Positions 12,548-24,756 are shown, numbered from the stretch's first letter. The stretch is DNA of 64,000 nt from Scyliorhinus canicula (GCF_902713615.1 NC_052146.1:161434853-161498852), one strand, 5' to 3'. Notes: generated by a model not told the origin, from the letters alone. Translations and numbers: made by a program.

Positions 12548-12686
12548 TGCGGCGCAATTCTATCTTCCCGCCACACTTGTCAATGGGATTTCCCATTGTA
12601 ACCATCCCACACGTCCGGGAAACCCGCGGGCGGGAGTGCGCTGCTGGCAGGGAAAATTAACGGCAAGGACTGGAGAATTCCAGCGT
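12548..12686. mobile_element. Small Harbinger-type MITE
   Basis: Ends GCGCAATTCT / AGAATTCCAGC; body resembles 45660-45820 in reverse. Confidence 0.55.
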
Positions 12687-12789
12687 ACCTTTCCAGTCCA
12701 ATTGGAAATCTTCAAATAGTACATGTCAGTTACTGCCAGACCTGGTGAGCTTCCCCAGCACTTTCTGTTCCTTTCTGGTATTGACTCTA

Positions 12790-14700
12790 ATACTTTATTC
12801 GCCCGTATTACTCCCACCAATGTCCCAGGAATGTTCTCGGACAATTCTGAAAGGTTGAAAAGCGGGATCCAGCAGTTGTAAAGGGCGCCTGGTTGTGTTG
12901 GATAAGCGGTTCCATTTTCCATCTCAGCTTTCCCGCTGTGTCCGTTCCAACTCAGTGGGAAGAGCTGGGAACCTCTGTTAAAACAGGGTCGACATTTTTT
13001 TGAACCATCATCAATTATTTGGCCCTCCCGACATTTGCGGGGTTTGTTACTTTGAACCACAAAAGGTCAGGGGATTTTTTTGACCTGGAAGTTCATTGTG
13101 GTCTTTCTCCTGACATGCAATGTTTCAATCATTCTGATTAAATGAAGGAAGGGTGTTCGATCCTTTGCAATCGGTTGTTTTCCAAAAGGGCTAAATTAAA
13201 ATCCAGCAGATTTTATTATTACCGAATCAATACGTGTCGCGTTTAGAAAACGCCAGCATGTGTCAGACACTCGGGGTTGATATTGGAAAACCTCTCGTCA
13301 TTGAAACAGTGATTGTTTGCACGGTAGTCCCGGCTCGATTCAATCCCCCAACCTCGGCGCCGCTGCTGATCTTTCAGTTCATGAGCACTTGGTTCAATGC
13401 AGCGCGAGCGGCGCCAGAATCTAGGCCATTTGCAAAGACATTTGCAAGCGGGAGGGGAGAGAATTGATCTAGCGGCACGATCCATAGCCCAGATAGGAGA
13501 TGACTAGAAGCGATAGTGGCTTTGGCAGCTCGCCGCTGAGCATTAAACGAGTGCCGGCTAACGTGGGAAAGAAGTTGTTGCGAGAAGTGACAGAGGTGGG
13601 CAACTGAAGAGAAAAAGACAACGATCATCAGACTAAACATGGTCTGAAAGGATCTTTTAAAAAATGTTTTCATTAAAGAGCTTTTGCCTTATGGTAGCGT
13701 ATGCGCGGTCCCTCCGTTGTGACGCGGAGTGTGGGGGTCATGTCTGCTCTTGATTAATAGAACAACACTTAACTACAGTGTGTTTATGTGTTTGCCCGTT
13801 GTCTTCTCTTTATCATAGGTGGTCACTCATTTAAGCTTAAGCAGAATGAAAGCAGGCTGCAGTCTGATGTTATGTTTCTGTCTCTCCCTCCCTGTCTCTT
13901 TTATCATAGGGACTCTGGTCCAGGGAGCTGGAACCCTCAGAGCTGTGAAACAGTGAAAACACAAGCAGCACACACTATATGTCTTTGTAATCAACTGGCC
14001 ACTTTCGCCATCTTAGCCCAGAAACCGAGAGATTCGGTGAGTATTGTAACAAAAAATAAAATGCCTGATTGCATATCACACCTACAGGCTGTTTTGGAAT
14101 TCATATTGTCTCATAGGTTTCAGAGATTGCAGTGAGATTTAGCTGATGTGTCTTCTAATAATATCTGGGAAAATAACTAATATTTAATTAATTTTACCAA
14201 GGGTGTTTTGCACAAAAACACCGCATTACATGTTATGTACATAGCTTGATCATTTTTTTAAAATCACGGATTAAGATATTTTGTGCAACATGGTTACACG
14301 GAATTAAGTTTTTTTCTCAACAGTGATCAATAAAGGTTGTTATGAAATTGGAAATGTTTGGCACGTTGCTGGTAGCACACTACGTTCTAACCCCAGTTGA
14401 CCATGAACCTTCACACCTTTAGTGTGTTATTGATTGCCTGAGGCGAGCTGCGAGGCTTGTGGCATTCACGTACAAATCAAATGTTTTAACTTGCAAAGAA
14501 AATGCCGGTGACTTCGTAAAAAATAAAATAATACCATCTAAAATACTTCTGAACGGTGATATTCTTGAGTCAGATGTTTTTATGTTATGACTTTAACAGA
14601 AAGTTGCTGATCAGTAATTTATGAATAATTTGTTTCAGTTTGAAGTAATCCCGGTAGCACAGTTAAACCGGTGAACCTAAGCATGTAACAAATTGGGTCT
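12790..14700. promoter_or_regulatory. TE-free, CpG-retaining island around the GPS exon; candidate internal promoter
   Basis: About 35 CpG by hand count in 13200-13740 at roughly 50% GC, whereas other non-TE stretches here are CpG-poor. No recognisable repeat for about 2 kb. Confidence 0.45.
13910..14036 (+). CDS. ADGRB2: Internal coding exon of an ADGRB (BAI) adhesion GPCR, GPS motif plus Stachel; closest to ADGRB2/BAI2
   Basis: Pyrimidine tract + AG (13908-13909) and GTGAGT donor (14037-14042); phase 2 in, phase 0 out. Translates DSGPGSWNPQSCETVKTQAAHTICLCNQLATFAILAQKPRDS, with W-x4-C...C-x-C and TFAILAQ typical of a BAI GPS. TQAAHT matches BAI2 as I recall it (BAI3 TDASHT, BAI1 LDALRT). 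Family call is strong, paralog call moderate. Confidence 0.88.
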
Positions 14701-14929
14701 ATTCCTTATTTGAATGAACAATGGTACTTTGAGCAACCTAAAATGGGTGCATAAATTTAACTTGAAGAATTTTAAGTATGGCCTTGTGGAAACTGTCTGT
14801 AGTGATTATGTACTTCATCCAGATCTGTGGCCTTTGGGATTTTCTATGATAGATTTGACCATGGCTGGTGAAGAGGTAGATAAAATAGGATTTATTGCTG
14901 TGCTTTAGGTTTATTCTTAATGCTTATTT

Positions 14930-15470
14930 TGTGCAGAGATAAAAAAGAAGAGGATAGCAAAAGAAAATATGAAAAGATTAGGAAATAAATCAAAAATATT
15001 TGGGTAGGCAAAGCGATACTATAACATTAAATTATCAAGAAATATGAAATAAGTAAAATATTCTGCAAGCCCTTGAAGAACAAAAGAAAAATCAGAATAA
15101 TAGGACCACCATGTGACCACGTGATAAATTCACAGATAATATTAGTGAAATGATAGACATATTAAATACACTTTACCCAATTATTTACTCTGGAGACTAA
15201 CATGGCAACATGACTTTGGAAGATGAGAACAAAACAAGATAGAAAAACATCCAAGATAAAAAAAGGTTTCGCTATGTAAATTCATTAGAAAAGAGAATAG
15301 CGGCAGTGAATTGCCGGCAGCTCATATGATTCCAATATATGCAAACACAGAACGAGTCCACTAAATTATATGCCAATTAATTTACCATCAGTGGTAGGAA
15401 AGATAATTCAATCCTTACTCAAAGAGGGAACAGAAAATTAAAGAGGGAAAAGAAAATTATCCTGAAACTA
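14930..15470 (+). mobile_element. Highly decayed CR1 ORF2 fragment
   Basis: AATTATATGCCAATTAATTTACCATCAGTGGTAGGAAAG resembles NYRPVSLTSVVGK. Confidence 0.45.
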
Positions 15471-15477
15471 AACATAT

Positions 15478-17850
15478 TGTTACAATCTCCATAGAGGTCA
15501 ATAACTTGTAAAAAGAGAGTCAAACTTCCAGAATGAGTTTATGGTTTAAAACTTCTTCTGTAACAATTGACTAAAAAATACTATTCACCAAACACTATTT
15601 TCATTCCTTGTAGGCAATTGATACTTTTGACCCTAGAAAGGAGCATTTCTCCTTTATACTCATCACTCAATGCAGTTTCCACAGGATTACAGTCCTTTTG
15701 GCACAGTGGCTCCCAGCTTCCAGTTGATTCTCAATTCACCAAGTAGTAACATTCTTTGATCATATTCTTTCACTTTCCTCATTTTTCAGAGTTTCTTAAA
15801 ACCACCACTAAGCAGTAAAACATGTTTCAATGATTCTTCTTCCTCCTGCCTTCCAGACCTTTTCTTCCATACCTTTTGGAATATGTAGAATGCTGCAGGA
15901 TGTGTCTCTTTGACTGGAGACTGTTGCCCTCCTGCATCCAGCCATGGTAGCTCACAAAGTCAAGCAGCCTGACCTCTCTGCTGACCTGCCTGTCATACTC
16001 ACTGTAGCAGGAGCCTGTAACCTGATTTCAGAAATGGCTTCCTTCATATTCTTTCCCATAGCAATGGGAAACACATTAACCTTATATAGTAGACATTTTA
16101 TTTGTGTTATTCCTGGCCTAACTGCGTTTCATGTGAAAAGTATGTGGCCAGGTTAAAGCACAACTGTTTACGACCAAACTTTCTCAACACTTTTCTGGGA
16201 CTTTGGAGATTCACAGTGTACTGTTTGAAAATCCAGAGACTATTACCATTATCTCCAAACGTAAATACCTTGCACCTTCTTCTCAGTGAAACAATCTAAG
16301 CCTACCGTTGATCTCAAATAACTAAACCACCCATGCTTACTGTCAGGCAGACTGCAGAGCAGGTCACACAACCCCTTTCTTTTAGCCTAAATTTTAAAGA
16401 CACAGTCCGAAAACATAATAATCTTATAAACCTCACAATTGCAACATTCCCTGCCTCCCCGCATAAAGAATGAAAAGTCATAACCATCGCAGTGAGTTTT
16501 CATAAACATTGTCCAAAATATAACAACTTGTAACAGTCTAAAACTTTAACAATTTGCAAATAATTTACAGCATAAATTACGATTATCATGCTCCGCCCAT
16601 GCTGTAACATTGTTTATTAAGCAGTCAATCCTCCCGTTTCACGATTTTTAACCACAATAAATCAAACACATGTAACAATTATGATTTAAAGTTCATTTAC
16701 AGAAATTATTTAAGTTCTTCCTTCAAATGGTTTAGTTTTTCCTTTCTTATGTGATTATAGTTAATTTTGTTTCTATATCCTTGACGAAAAGATGACACAA
16801 CTGATTCAGTCTTTACTCTCAGAAGCCTGAGCTTTTGATTCTCTGGACATATCTTTAGTTGAAACAGCACTTTCTAGAACAGGATTACAAAGAGTCCCTA
16901 ATTCTTTGAGTACATTGTCAGTTTCAGTAGATTTGTCTCCGATCCCAGGAAATAATATCACCTTATCTGCAAGTATATTCCCTATTATGAAATCACATAA
17001 TTAACGGGCAATTTTTACAACACTCCTACAATGACAGACACATTGACAAAAGTACAGTTTAAATTCACTACATAATTCTGTAGGCAAACAAGTTCATCAA
17101 TGACCTGTACAGTACATTTGTTTCTCAGTGAACTATCTGGCAAAAAGTTCAGGAATTTTGCTAACATCAAGTTTTGAGCCGAACTTCTTTACCAGACAAA
17201 AATGAAGCTACTTTATACTCAGATACAAAACTCAAGTAATTTCGTAAGTCCTGTTTTGCAACCACTGTAAATACATTAGATGGAATCAGTTTTTCACCAG
17301 CACCACTGACTGATTCAGCATTGTCACAAGCCATTGGTTTGGGTCTGCAATTCCAGGAGTCTGCTTTTACTTGTACTGTCATTTGACAATAATAACATGC
17401 TTATCCCCTTAAATCATTCCTATCCCCTGTACCATTTCACTTCTGCTATTGCCCTCATAGTCATTAGTATCCTGTTCATTATCAACTCATTCCACCAAAG
17501 TTTGATTTTGTCTCTTCCTCAAGCTGCTAAATTTTTGTCTCTTACTCAAGATACTAAATTTTTGTTTGCAAGCTTCTGGAACCAGCTCACATACATTAAG
17601 CACAGCAGTCTTAACTGTGTCAAAACTGCATACTATTCATCTAAAAGACAAATAAACCTCAAATAATTGACTTACCAAAAAGCTTAATATGATCGTCCAA
17701 ATTTCTTGTGGCTACTGTAACCTTGTAGCAATTTTCTCAAATGATACAAAATACATTTCAATTTCTTTCTCTCACTGAATTTAGACACAAGGCAAATATT
17801 CCTTGCCAAAGCAACACCAGTAGTTAAATCTGATCCATCATCAAATATAA
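15478..17850 (-). mobile_element. Old LTR element: 3' LTR 15478-16446 plus decayed internal sequence
   Basis: TGTTAC...GCAACA ends; a polypurine tract (GGGGAGGCAGGGAA on minus) abuts the LTR at 16447-16460; no readable ORF. Confidence 0.5.
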
Positions 17851-18010
17851 ACATAGAACTTAAGAGCAGGCGTAGACTGTTCAGCTCTTCAAACTTGTTC
17901 CACCATTCAATAATCATGGCTGATCTCGTTGTGGTCTCAACTCCACTTTGCCATGTTACCTCCTGACTCCCTTGTTTATCGAAGATCTGAAAATCAAAAA
18001 AATCTACTTT
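17850..18010 (-). mobile_element. CR1 3' tail fragment
   Basis: ACATAGAACTTAAGAGCAGGCGTAG..CATTCAATAATCATGGCTGATC matches the tail at 32190. Confidence 0.7.
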
Positions 18011-18109
18011 ATAATCTCTTTCCACATGACCAGAAACTATCTATTCTGATTAGTACTCCTTTTGAAAAATGCGAACCTGACGGAAAGACTTCTGTGGGGA
18101 GCCGAGGAG

Positions 18110-20754
18110 GTGAGTAGCCATCTTTGCTCACAGGCAAAGAGCTGGGGGCGCTTGGATTGCTGCCTCTGTGCTCGCTGGGGTGGGGACCCTCTGAAGGGGT
18201 GGCCGCCATGGGAGGATGGAGGAGAGGCACTGTGGGGGCAACCGCTCGCGGCACCACCATGCTAACCCCGGATCGTTTACCCATTCTGGGGGAAACCCTT
18301 GTCCCTGCCCGTCTGCCCCACCCATAAACCCCATCGACTGCCAAGGCCTCTGGCCGTGCGTCAGAAGGCTATTGCTAATAGGGAATCGGCAGTTGTGATT
18401 AAGTGAGCACTTCACACATCCCAAGTGGATTCCCGTGGGTGGGCGGTCCATGTGGCATGTAGGAGTCATTGCCTAGCATTACAATCACCCCCCCCCCCCC
18501 CCCCCCCCCCCCCGCTTTTTTTAAATTTAGAGTGCCCAGTTATTTTTTCCAATTAAGGGCAATTTAATGTGACCAATCCACCTAACCTACACATCTTTGG
18601 ATTGTGGGGGTGAAACCCATGCAATCACAAGGAGAATGTGCAAACTCTGCACAGACCATGACCCCTGACTGGGATTGAAGCCAGGTCCTCAACACTGCAG
18701 GCAGCAGTGCTACATGCTGCACCACCGTGCCGCCCTAGCATCCAAATCACACTGGATGTCTGGACACTGTGCTTGAACACTGCGGAAGGCAACATCACAC
18801 ACACAACAACCAACATATGAACACCCAGGGGTAGGTCACAGCTCCGTGGACATGTCCATGGCAGGAGGGTGGGTGGGTCGGGGAGTCGGGGAGATGCCTG
18901 GAAAGATGGGCCAAGGGATCGGAAGTCAGACCGCATTGTGGAAGAAAGTGGCAGACGCATCATACTGGTTGTGCACACGTGTGTTTAATGTGTTTCCAAT
19001 TCTCCACTCTTCTGATGGTGCCTCCTACCACCTCCCTCCCCACCCTCTACAGAACCCCCTTCCTGCTGTGCCCTCAGTGGTCATCAATGTGCTTTGCCCT
19101 GCTACCTCTACCACTACGTCTAGGCGTTGCCCATGGATGCACATTTGATGTGCAGGCAGCCAGCTGCCTACCTCATCCCATAGCCTTCGATTTCCCTTGC
19201 GGGCATCCACTGGGGCTCTTAGGCCGGCAGTCCCTGGTGCACTTGTCAACGGCACATGCACAGCTGTGCCACCCCGTCGCGTGTGCTGACTTCGAGACAT
19301 GGCCTCATCAGACGGGTGAAACTTGGGGGAACTGGTGACCACAACCCGCACTCCATGGAACGAGTCCAGGTTGGCACTCATTGTCCCATAGGCCCACAGG
19401 GCCCTGGATTCACCTTGGGACGGAGAGACAGCTGGTTCGAACCCTGACTGCCCCCTACATCATCTGGCTCTGCCAGCACTGGCAGTTACCCAATGTCTGT
19501 ACCATCATGTCGATGCCCTTGGCAATGCTGCTCAGTGACAACCTGCAACTCGGATAAGCTCCTCAGCATCCTGATCATGCCCATCTGAGAGCGGGATATG
19601 TCCTGCAGAACCTCATCAAGTCAGCCTGGTACTGGGTCACATCCCCCAGCGATTCGGACATTCTGCCGAGACCCTCAGCCATGGCCGTCAGCGACTGCGC
19701 CACACCTTGGACACCTTCACTAATGGTGCCAGCATTGTATACCAGGCTCTCCACTGCAGTCGTCACCCGAGCAGTGTTGGCGTCGGTGCCACGCATTGCC
19801 GGCACCATCTCCTGCATCCATAGCCTCTGGGACTCCTCCAAGTGGCTGTGCATCTACTGGAGTGATGCTGACATCTCCTTCTGAAACCCTGTCGCCACCC
19901 TATCGTCTCAATCAGCTCTGGGTATCTTTGTACCACAGGCTCAGCATCAGGCTGGGACCCAGCTGGGTCCTGGGATCCAGCAGCCCTCTGACTGCTGACT
20001 CATCTGGGGGTTCTTGCCTCCATCTGATGTGCATCGTTGGTAGTGTGGTGCTGACCAGATTGTGCCCCAGAAGCCTGTCCACTAACATGTCACACCGAGG
20101 TGTGTGTCTATCTGCGCTGGTGGAGGGTGCGGATGACAGCCGTGCCGCGTCTATAACAGTTGCATCCTGGGAGCTCTCATCCGAGGTGTTCTCCTGAGAG
20201 TCAGGAGAGGGTGCCTCCACAATGGGCTGATGCCATCGGCTGGAGGACCTGCGGGAGAATGAACATGTGCTCAGTGGGAGGGATGGGTCAGTCAGTAAAG
20301 CAATAACAACTCTTGTTTTACAGGTCATCCAGGTGGAGCCCGGTGGTTCCTCACCTCTGTGGCATTCACCAGCCTCTGTGTGGGTGACCACCCTGTTCTC
20401 AGCCACCCAGTCACTTCCTGAGCAGACTCCTCGAAGGAGGTGAGGTCCGGCAAATATCCGCCAGTCTGGACCCTCTCCTGGCGATTGTGGGAGAGCTTTT
20501 CCTGAGGAGACACAGAGGCGGCATCGTCAGCCATATGCGGGGTTGACTGAGCAAATGTAGCGGGGTGTTGGCAAGCATGGTCTCGGCGAATCAGCTGGCA
20601 AGCGGTCATTTACGGCGAGTAGCCCGTGAGGCCTCGTTAAATGGACCAATTAACATTGAATGGTGTTACCGGCCTCTCTGGACCGAGCACCGGGAGGCTC
20701 GCAGTAATTCCTGCTCACTAGCACACTTAGAAATTTTCCAGAGAATCACGCCCA
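18110..20754 (-). mobile_element. Harbinger remnant with spliced Myb/SANT accessory gene fragments
   Basis: EKLSHNRQERVQTGGYLPDLTSFEE and coiled-coil LEESQRLWMQEMVPAMRGTDANTARV; right terminus GAGAATCACGCCC; left boundary uncertain. Confidence 0.75.
18490..18735 (-). mobile_element. HE1/V-SINE short-tail variant
   Basis: A/B boxes and V-domain on minus; imperfect TSD CCTAGCATTACAATCAC / CCTAGCATCCAAATCAC. Confidence 0.85.
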
Positions 20755-20974
20755 AATGATTTATTTCGAGTAAAGCCACAGCAATAGGTGTACCTATATT
20801 ATAATAATACAGCAAAAGTCACGAGGAAATCTTGTATGTATAAATACATGTCAGTATGTGGATTCAAAATCCTACAAAATGCGAAAATTTTGTGATGATC
20901 TTCATTGCCTTTTGAAAGAGATTTAAACTTTCACCTATAAGCTGAAAGACTGGCAGAACAAAATTTCACATTTT

Positions 20975-21272
20975 TAAATCTCTGCAGTCCTGCCCAATCT
21001 AGTTATGAATGGAGTTGGCCAATTAAGTAACTAACTGGAGTTGAATGCTCCACACAAATATCCAATCCTCAGTGGGGGTGCATTTGCAACCAATTTCAGC
21101 CACAAGTGTCGAGTGAATGAACCATCTCAGCCTCCTCCTGTGATACAGAGAATCACAGATGCCAATTCCATTTGCTCCACATGATATTTGAAAACGGCTG
21201 AAAGCACTGGATACTGCAAAAGCTATGGGCCCTGACAACATTCTCGCAGTAGTGCTCCAGAACTAGCCACAC
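20975..21272 (+). mobile_element. LINE family B internal fragment
   Basis: DIxKRLKALDTAKAMGPDNI motif; resembles 33900-34000. Confidence 0.7.
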
Positions 21273-21428
21273 CTTTCGAATCTGCACCGACCTTCCGATA
21301 GTCTTCACCGATCTTCCGATAGAGCACCATACCTTGGCCCATACACCCACTCTACCCCCGTGACCCCACCTAACGTGCACATCTTTAAACACAAAGACGC
21401 AATTTTATTATGGTCAACCCACGTAACC

Positions 21429-21960
21429 CAGTATTTTTCAAACTTTCATGCCCGAGACCCATTTTTACCAACCGGACATCCTTTGGGACCCACTCTGGCT
21501 GGCATTCGCGACTCATGCTGGCCGACCTTCGCGAACACGCCGTCTGAACCTCGCAACCCACCATTACCGCTTACCTTTAATGTGACAGGTGAGCCTGCTT
21601 GTTTCTCACGGTCTCACTTGCTTTGTTATTCAATGTTACATTTCTGCTAAGAACTTCAGCTGACGATTTAAGTTCTCACTGTATCAGTTGAAAAAATCAA
21701 GAGGTTTCTCCATGCTTAGTATTCAAATGCTTTTGAAGTTTTGAAGGATTTAAACATTAATTTGTCTTTTCATATAACACATGGGCTTTGCATCCTGATT
21801 TGCATTGGCACAATTAATAAAGTCGCACCTTAGAAAATCATCTAAGGAGGTTGCGCAATTATGGTTGCTAATAGGTGTGTGGGTTTCAGGTAGTATCAGA
21901 GCACACATATGCCAATGCATTCCAAGGTTGGAAAGATGCATCATTAGCTTTTGGTGCATC
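21429..21960 (-). mobile_element. hAT Charlie/Buster-like fragment with BED zinc-finger remnant
   Basis: Terminus CAGTATTTTTCAAACTT at 21429; minus strand reads DDFLRCDFINCAN..KPMC and PSKLQKHLNTKH..FFQ, as in the N-terminus of Buster/ZBED5-type transposases. Confidence 0.7.
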
Positions 21961-23144
21961 AAACTTTCAAATGTCCAAATGGTAATGTTCTCAAACCTCT
22001 CGGGGGTGTTTTGAGTTGGAGGGCATCAAGGTATGGTGTTGGTGGTGAAAGTTTCAGCACTCCAGGAGATCTCCTAATTTGCAGGAGAAACAAAGCCACA
22101 ACAATTGGGAACAATCTGCCACTGGGGTGGCGTGCAAAACCTATCTATCCTCAGCGGATATGAGTTGGGAGCTTTGGACGTACAAGCCAGCAGATTGTCA
22201 GGTCGCAGAGACCTGCCTGGCACCTCCGAGGAAGATAAGAGTCCATTGGGATGAAGCGTGACAGATGCGAGCTGAAAGTGATGGAAGAGGGTTTTGTCCA
22301 TCAGAACATCCTCATTTACCCGCTGGTTGCAACTGAGAATGCAACTGAGGACGATCGCGATGGCCAACATGTGCTGAGATTTTAATCTGTGTGATATGTG
22401 TCATGAATCTTACCCTTTTTTTTCATCCCTCAGATAATCTGTCCACCAGAGCCAGCTAAGAGGCTGACGGCCCTCCCTTGACACCCATGGCACACTATAT
22501 CTCTGCACCTAACACCAATGCAGATACTGGCCGACTGTGGCCGTGACCATGTTGAGTGTGATGTTAGGGCACAACAGTGAGGGCAGATCACTTTCACTGG
22601 GGAAGATGGTAGAGGCAGGGAATTCCCAGAATGCCAACATTTGGATGACTGCTGGAGACAAGGACCATGTTAAGTCCGAGGAAGATAAAGAGCCTCTGGA
22701 GTCGACCATAAAGTTGCAAATGTTGGATGCCTGGAGAGATTTGGCAGAGATCTCCAAGGCTTTGCGTGCCATGGTCTCTGTCATAGAGGAGTCCTTGCAT
22801 GGTTAATGTCTGGGATAAGGAGGCGGCAACTAATATCACCGATGGTTGAAATTCCTCCATTGGTGAGCAAGGAGGTGAGGACTCAGCTTTGAACGCTGGA
22901 CGAGGTGGCTTTCGTCTCTGTGGACTCCTCCAATGGTGCCCCAGACAAGGGCAGCAGCTCGTCCATCTCTGCCAGTCTCTGTTCCACTCTGAAAGTCCGC
23001 GGCACAGGGGTTCCCCAGCAATGTTGCTGAAAGAACCATCCCAGCAGTGCCTACTCAAGCCCCGGTTACCAGAGGACGACCGCCAAGGTATTCTGCACCA
23101 GCAGGACAAAATGATCAGCAAGCTGCCTCTCATGCCACTGTTTG

Positions 23145-23179
<35 letters not shown>

Positions 23180-24756
23180 TGCGGATACCTAGGCATAGCA
23201 CCCGCAAACGGAAACTCATGATACGCTAGTCACAAAAAGGGGTCCGCACTGGGTGATATTGCTTTCTTTTCATTTAAAGAACTGTGTTAATGGAATTGCA
23301 TTAATTTGTTTAATCTTGATTTTATCATCTGAAGTGACCGATTGCCTCAAGCCAGAAAAGTTCTGTGTACTGCATTGGTGAAAGAATTATCATTATGGGT
23401 TCAGAAACGCTCAAGGTTTAAAACCTTATTTGGAAGGATATGGGCTCATGGAATGGATGAGTGTTATGTTTTTGAGATTAGGATAGTGCCCATTGATGAT
23501 GTGGGATGGCAGGCCATGCCAGCCTATCTAAAGACCGACTGAATTAGGTTGTCCCTGGTGTCTCTGTCCCACTGAAGGGACCGAATTGCACCCTCGTCAT
23601 CCTCACCCTCTGGCTGCCAGCATCTGAGCCCTCATTGGTGTCCATATCTGAGGTAAGTACTGCAGCAGTGGCCTGTTCAAGATGTTCAACACTGGAGAGA
23701 GCAGATTGAGAATGCAGCAGACCACTGTGAGCGACACTCGCTCAGGCATGTACTACAGGCTGCCCCCGGATTGTTTGCTGCATCTAAACCTTAGCTTCTG
23801 CACCCCAATGCCCACCACCATCCTTTTGGATAATAGCAATGGTTGTATCTTTACTCAGCTTCTATCCTTGTCTGTCATCAGCGAACCTTTCAGCAGGTGA
23901 GACTGAGATTGCCAATCAATCACCCATCAAGGCAAGCTGGAGCAACGAAGAGCCTGGGCACCTGCAAGTGACAAAGAACGTATGCATCGTATGTGTTCTT
24001 GAAGTACCTTGCACACACCTGCAGAACCTGGGCCATGTGGTTACAGACTATCTCAGCATTCATCGAGTGAAAGCTCTTCCTGTTCATAAAGGCACCCAGC
24101 TGGCCAACTGGTGCCTTGATGGCTACATGGGTTCAATTAATGACACCCTGGATGCGGGAGAGCCCTGCAATGGTTCCCTCGCTCAGCCTGGCTGGCTTGG
24201 TCCATCCTGAAATGGATGAATCTTCTCATTCGTCTGAACAGGGCATCAGTGACCAGTTTGACACAGCTTTGTGCAAAAGGTAAGGTAAAGTCACCATCGT
24301 CCCAGATAACCATAGGCTGCTATCCCCTTTGAGGGGGAGAACTGACTAGTGGTGATTAAACCGAAGGGTCACCCACACAGAAAACACTGTTTCAAAACTC
24401 CAGAATACCACCTCACCCCTACAAATGCATAACTCCTCAGATAGTGTTTTCAGCAGGGTCCTTTTATCCCACCCTAGATTGCAAAATGATTAAATTCAGT
24501 CGGTCCGCCTTCCAGTGTTGCCTGTGCAACAGCTCAAAATCACATGGGCAATATTAAACCGTACTCAATTGGAGATTTAATCCCCCTTAATACCTCCATT
24601 ACTGACAGCGGGAACGCTGCAAATCTGCAGATGCACCCACCGGCCAAGATATTGCGCATGTGCACGATGACATCAGGATGCCCGCCGATGTCATCACCTG
24701 TGATTTAACCATTTTCCAGGTTGGCTGCCTGCACGGTCAGTGTTAAATTCTACCGC
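21960..24756. mobile_element. Older Harbinger with convergent Myb/SANT gene (+, about 22000-23230) and transposase (-, about 23540-24280)
   Basis: + strand EKQSHNNWEQSATGG; - strand LVTDALFR, IQGVIN*THVAIKAP..MNRKSFHSMNAEIVCNH. Confidence 0.75.

Larger units (their letters stand above)
11862..12782. repeat. Short inverted-arm interspersed repeat (possibly Penelope-derived) split by MITE insertions
   Basis: Left arm ACAGAAAGTTCTG..CAGCAGGTCTGACAGCATC is an approximate reverse complement of right arm TACTGCCAGACCTGGTGAG..CAGCACTTTCTGT. Confidence 0.5.

Noticed and set aside
13788-14135. 115-aa ORF as a standalone gene
   Set aside because: Only 13910-14036 matches ADGRB and it is bounded by canonical splice sites; the rest is intron read-through.
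23146-23178. Long G/C homopolymers (also near 12031, 18488, 50211)
   Set aside because: Slippage expansions inside TEs; the poly-Gly/Pro translations are meaningless and run lengths may be imprecise.
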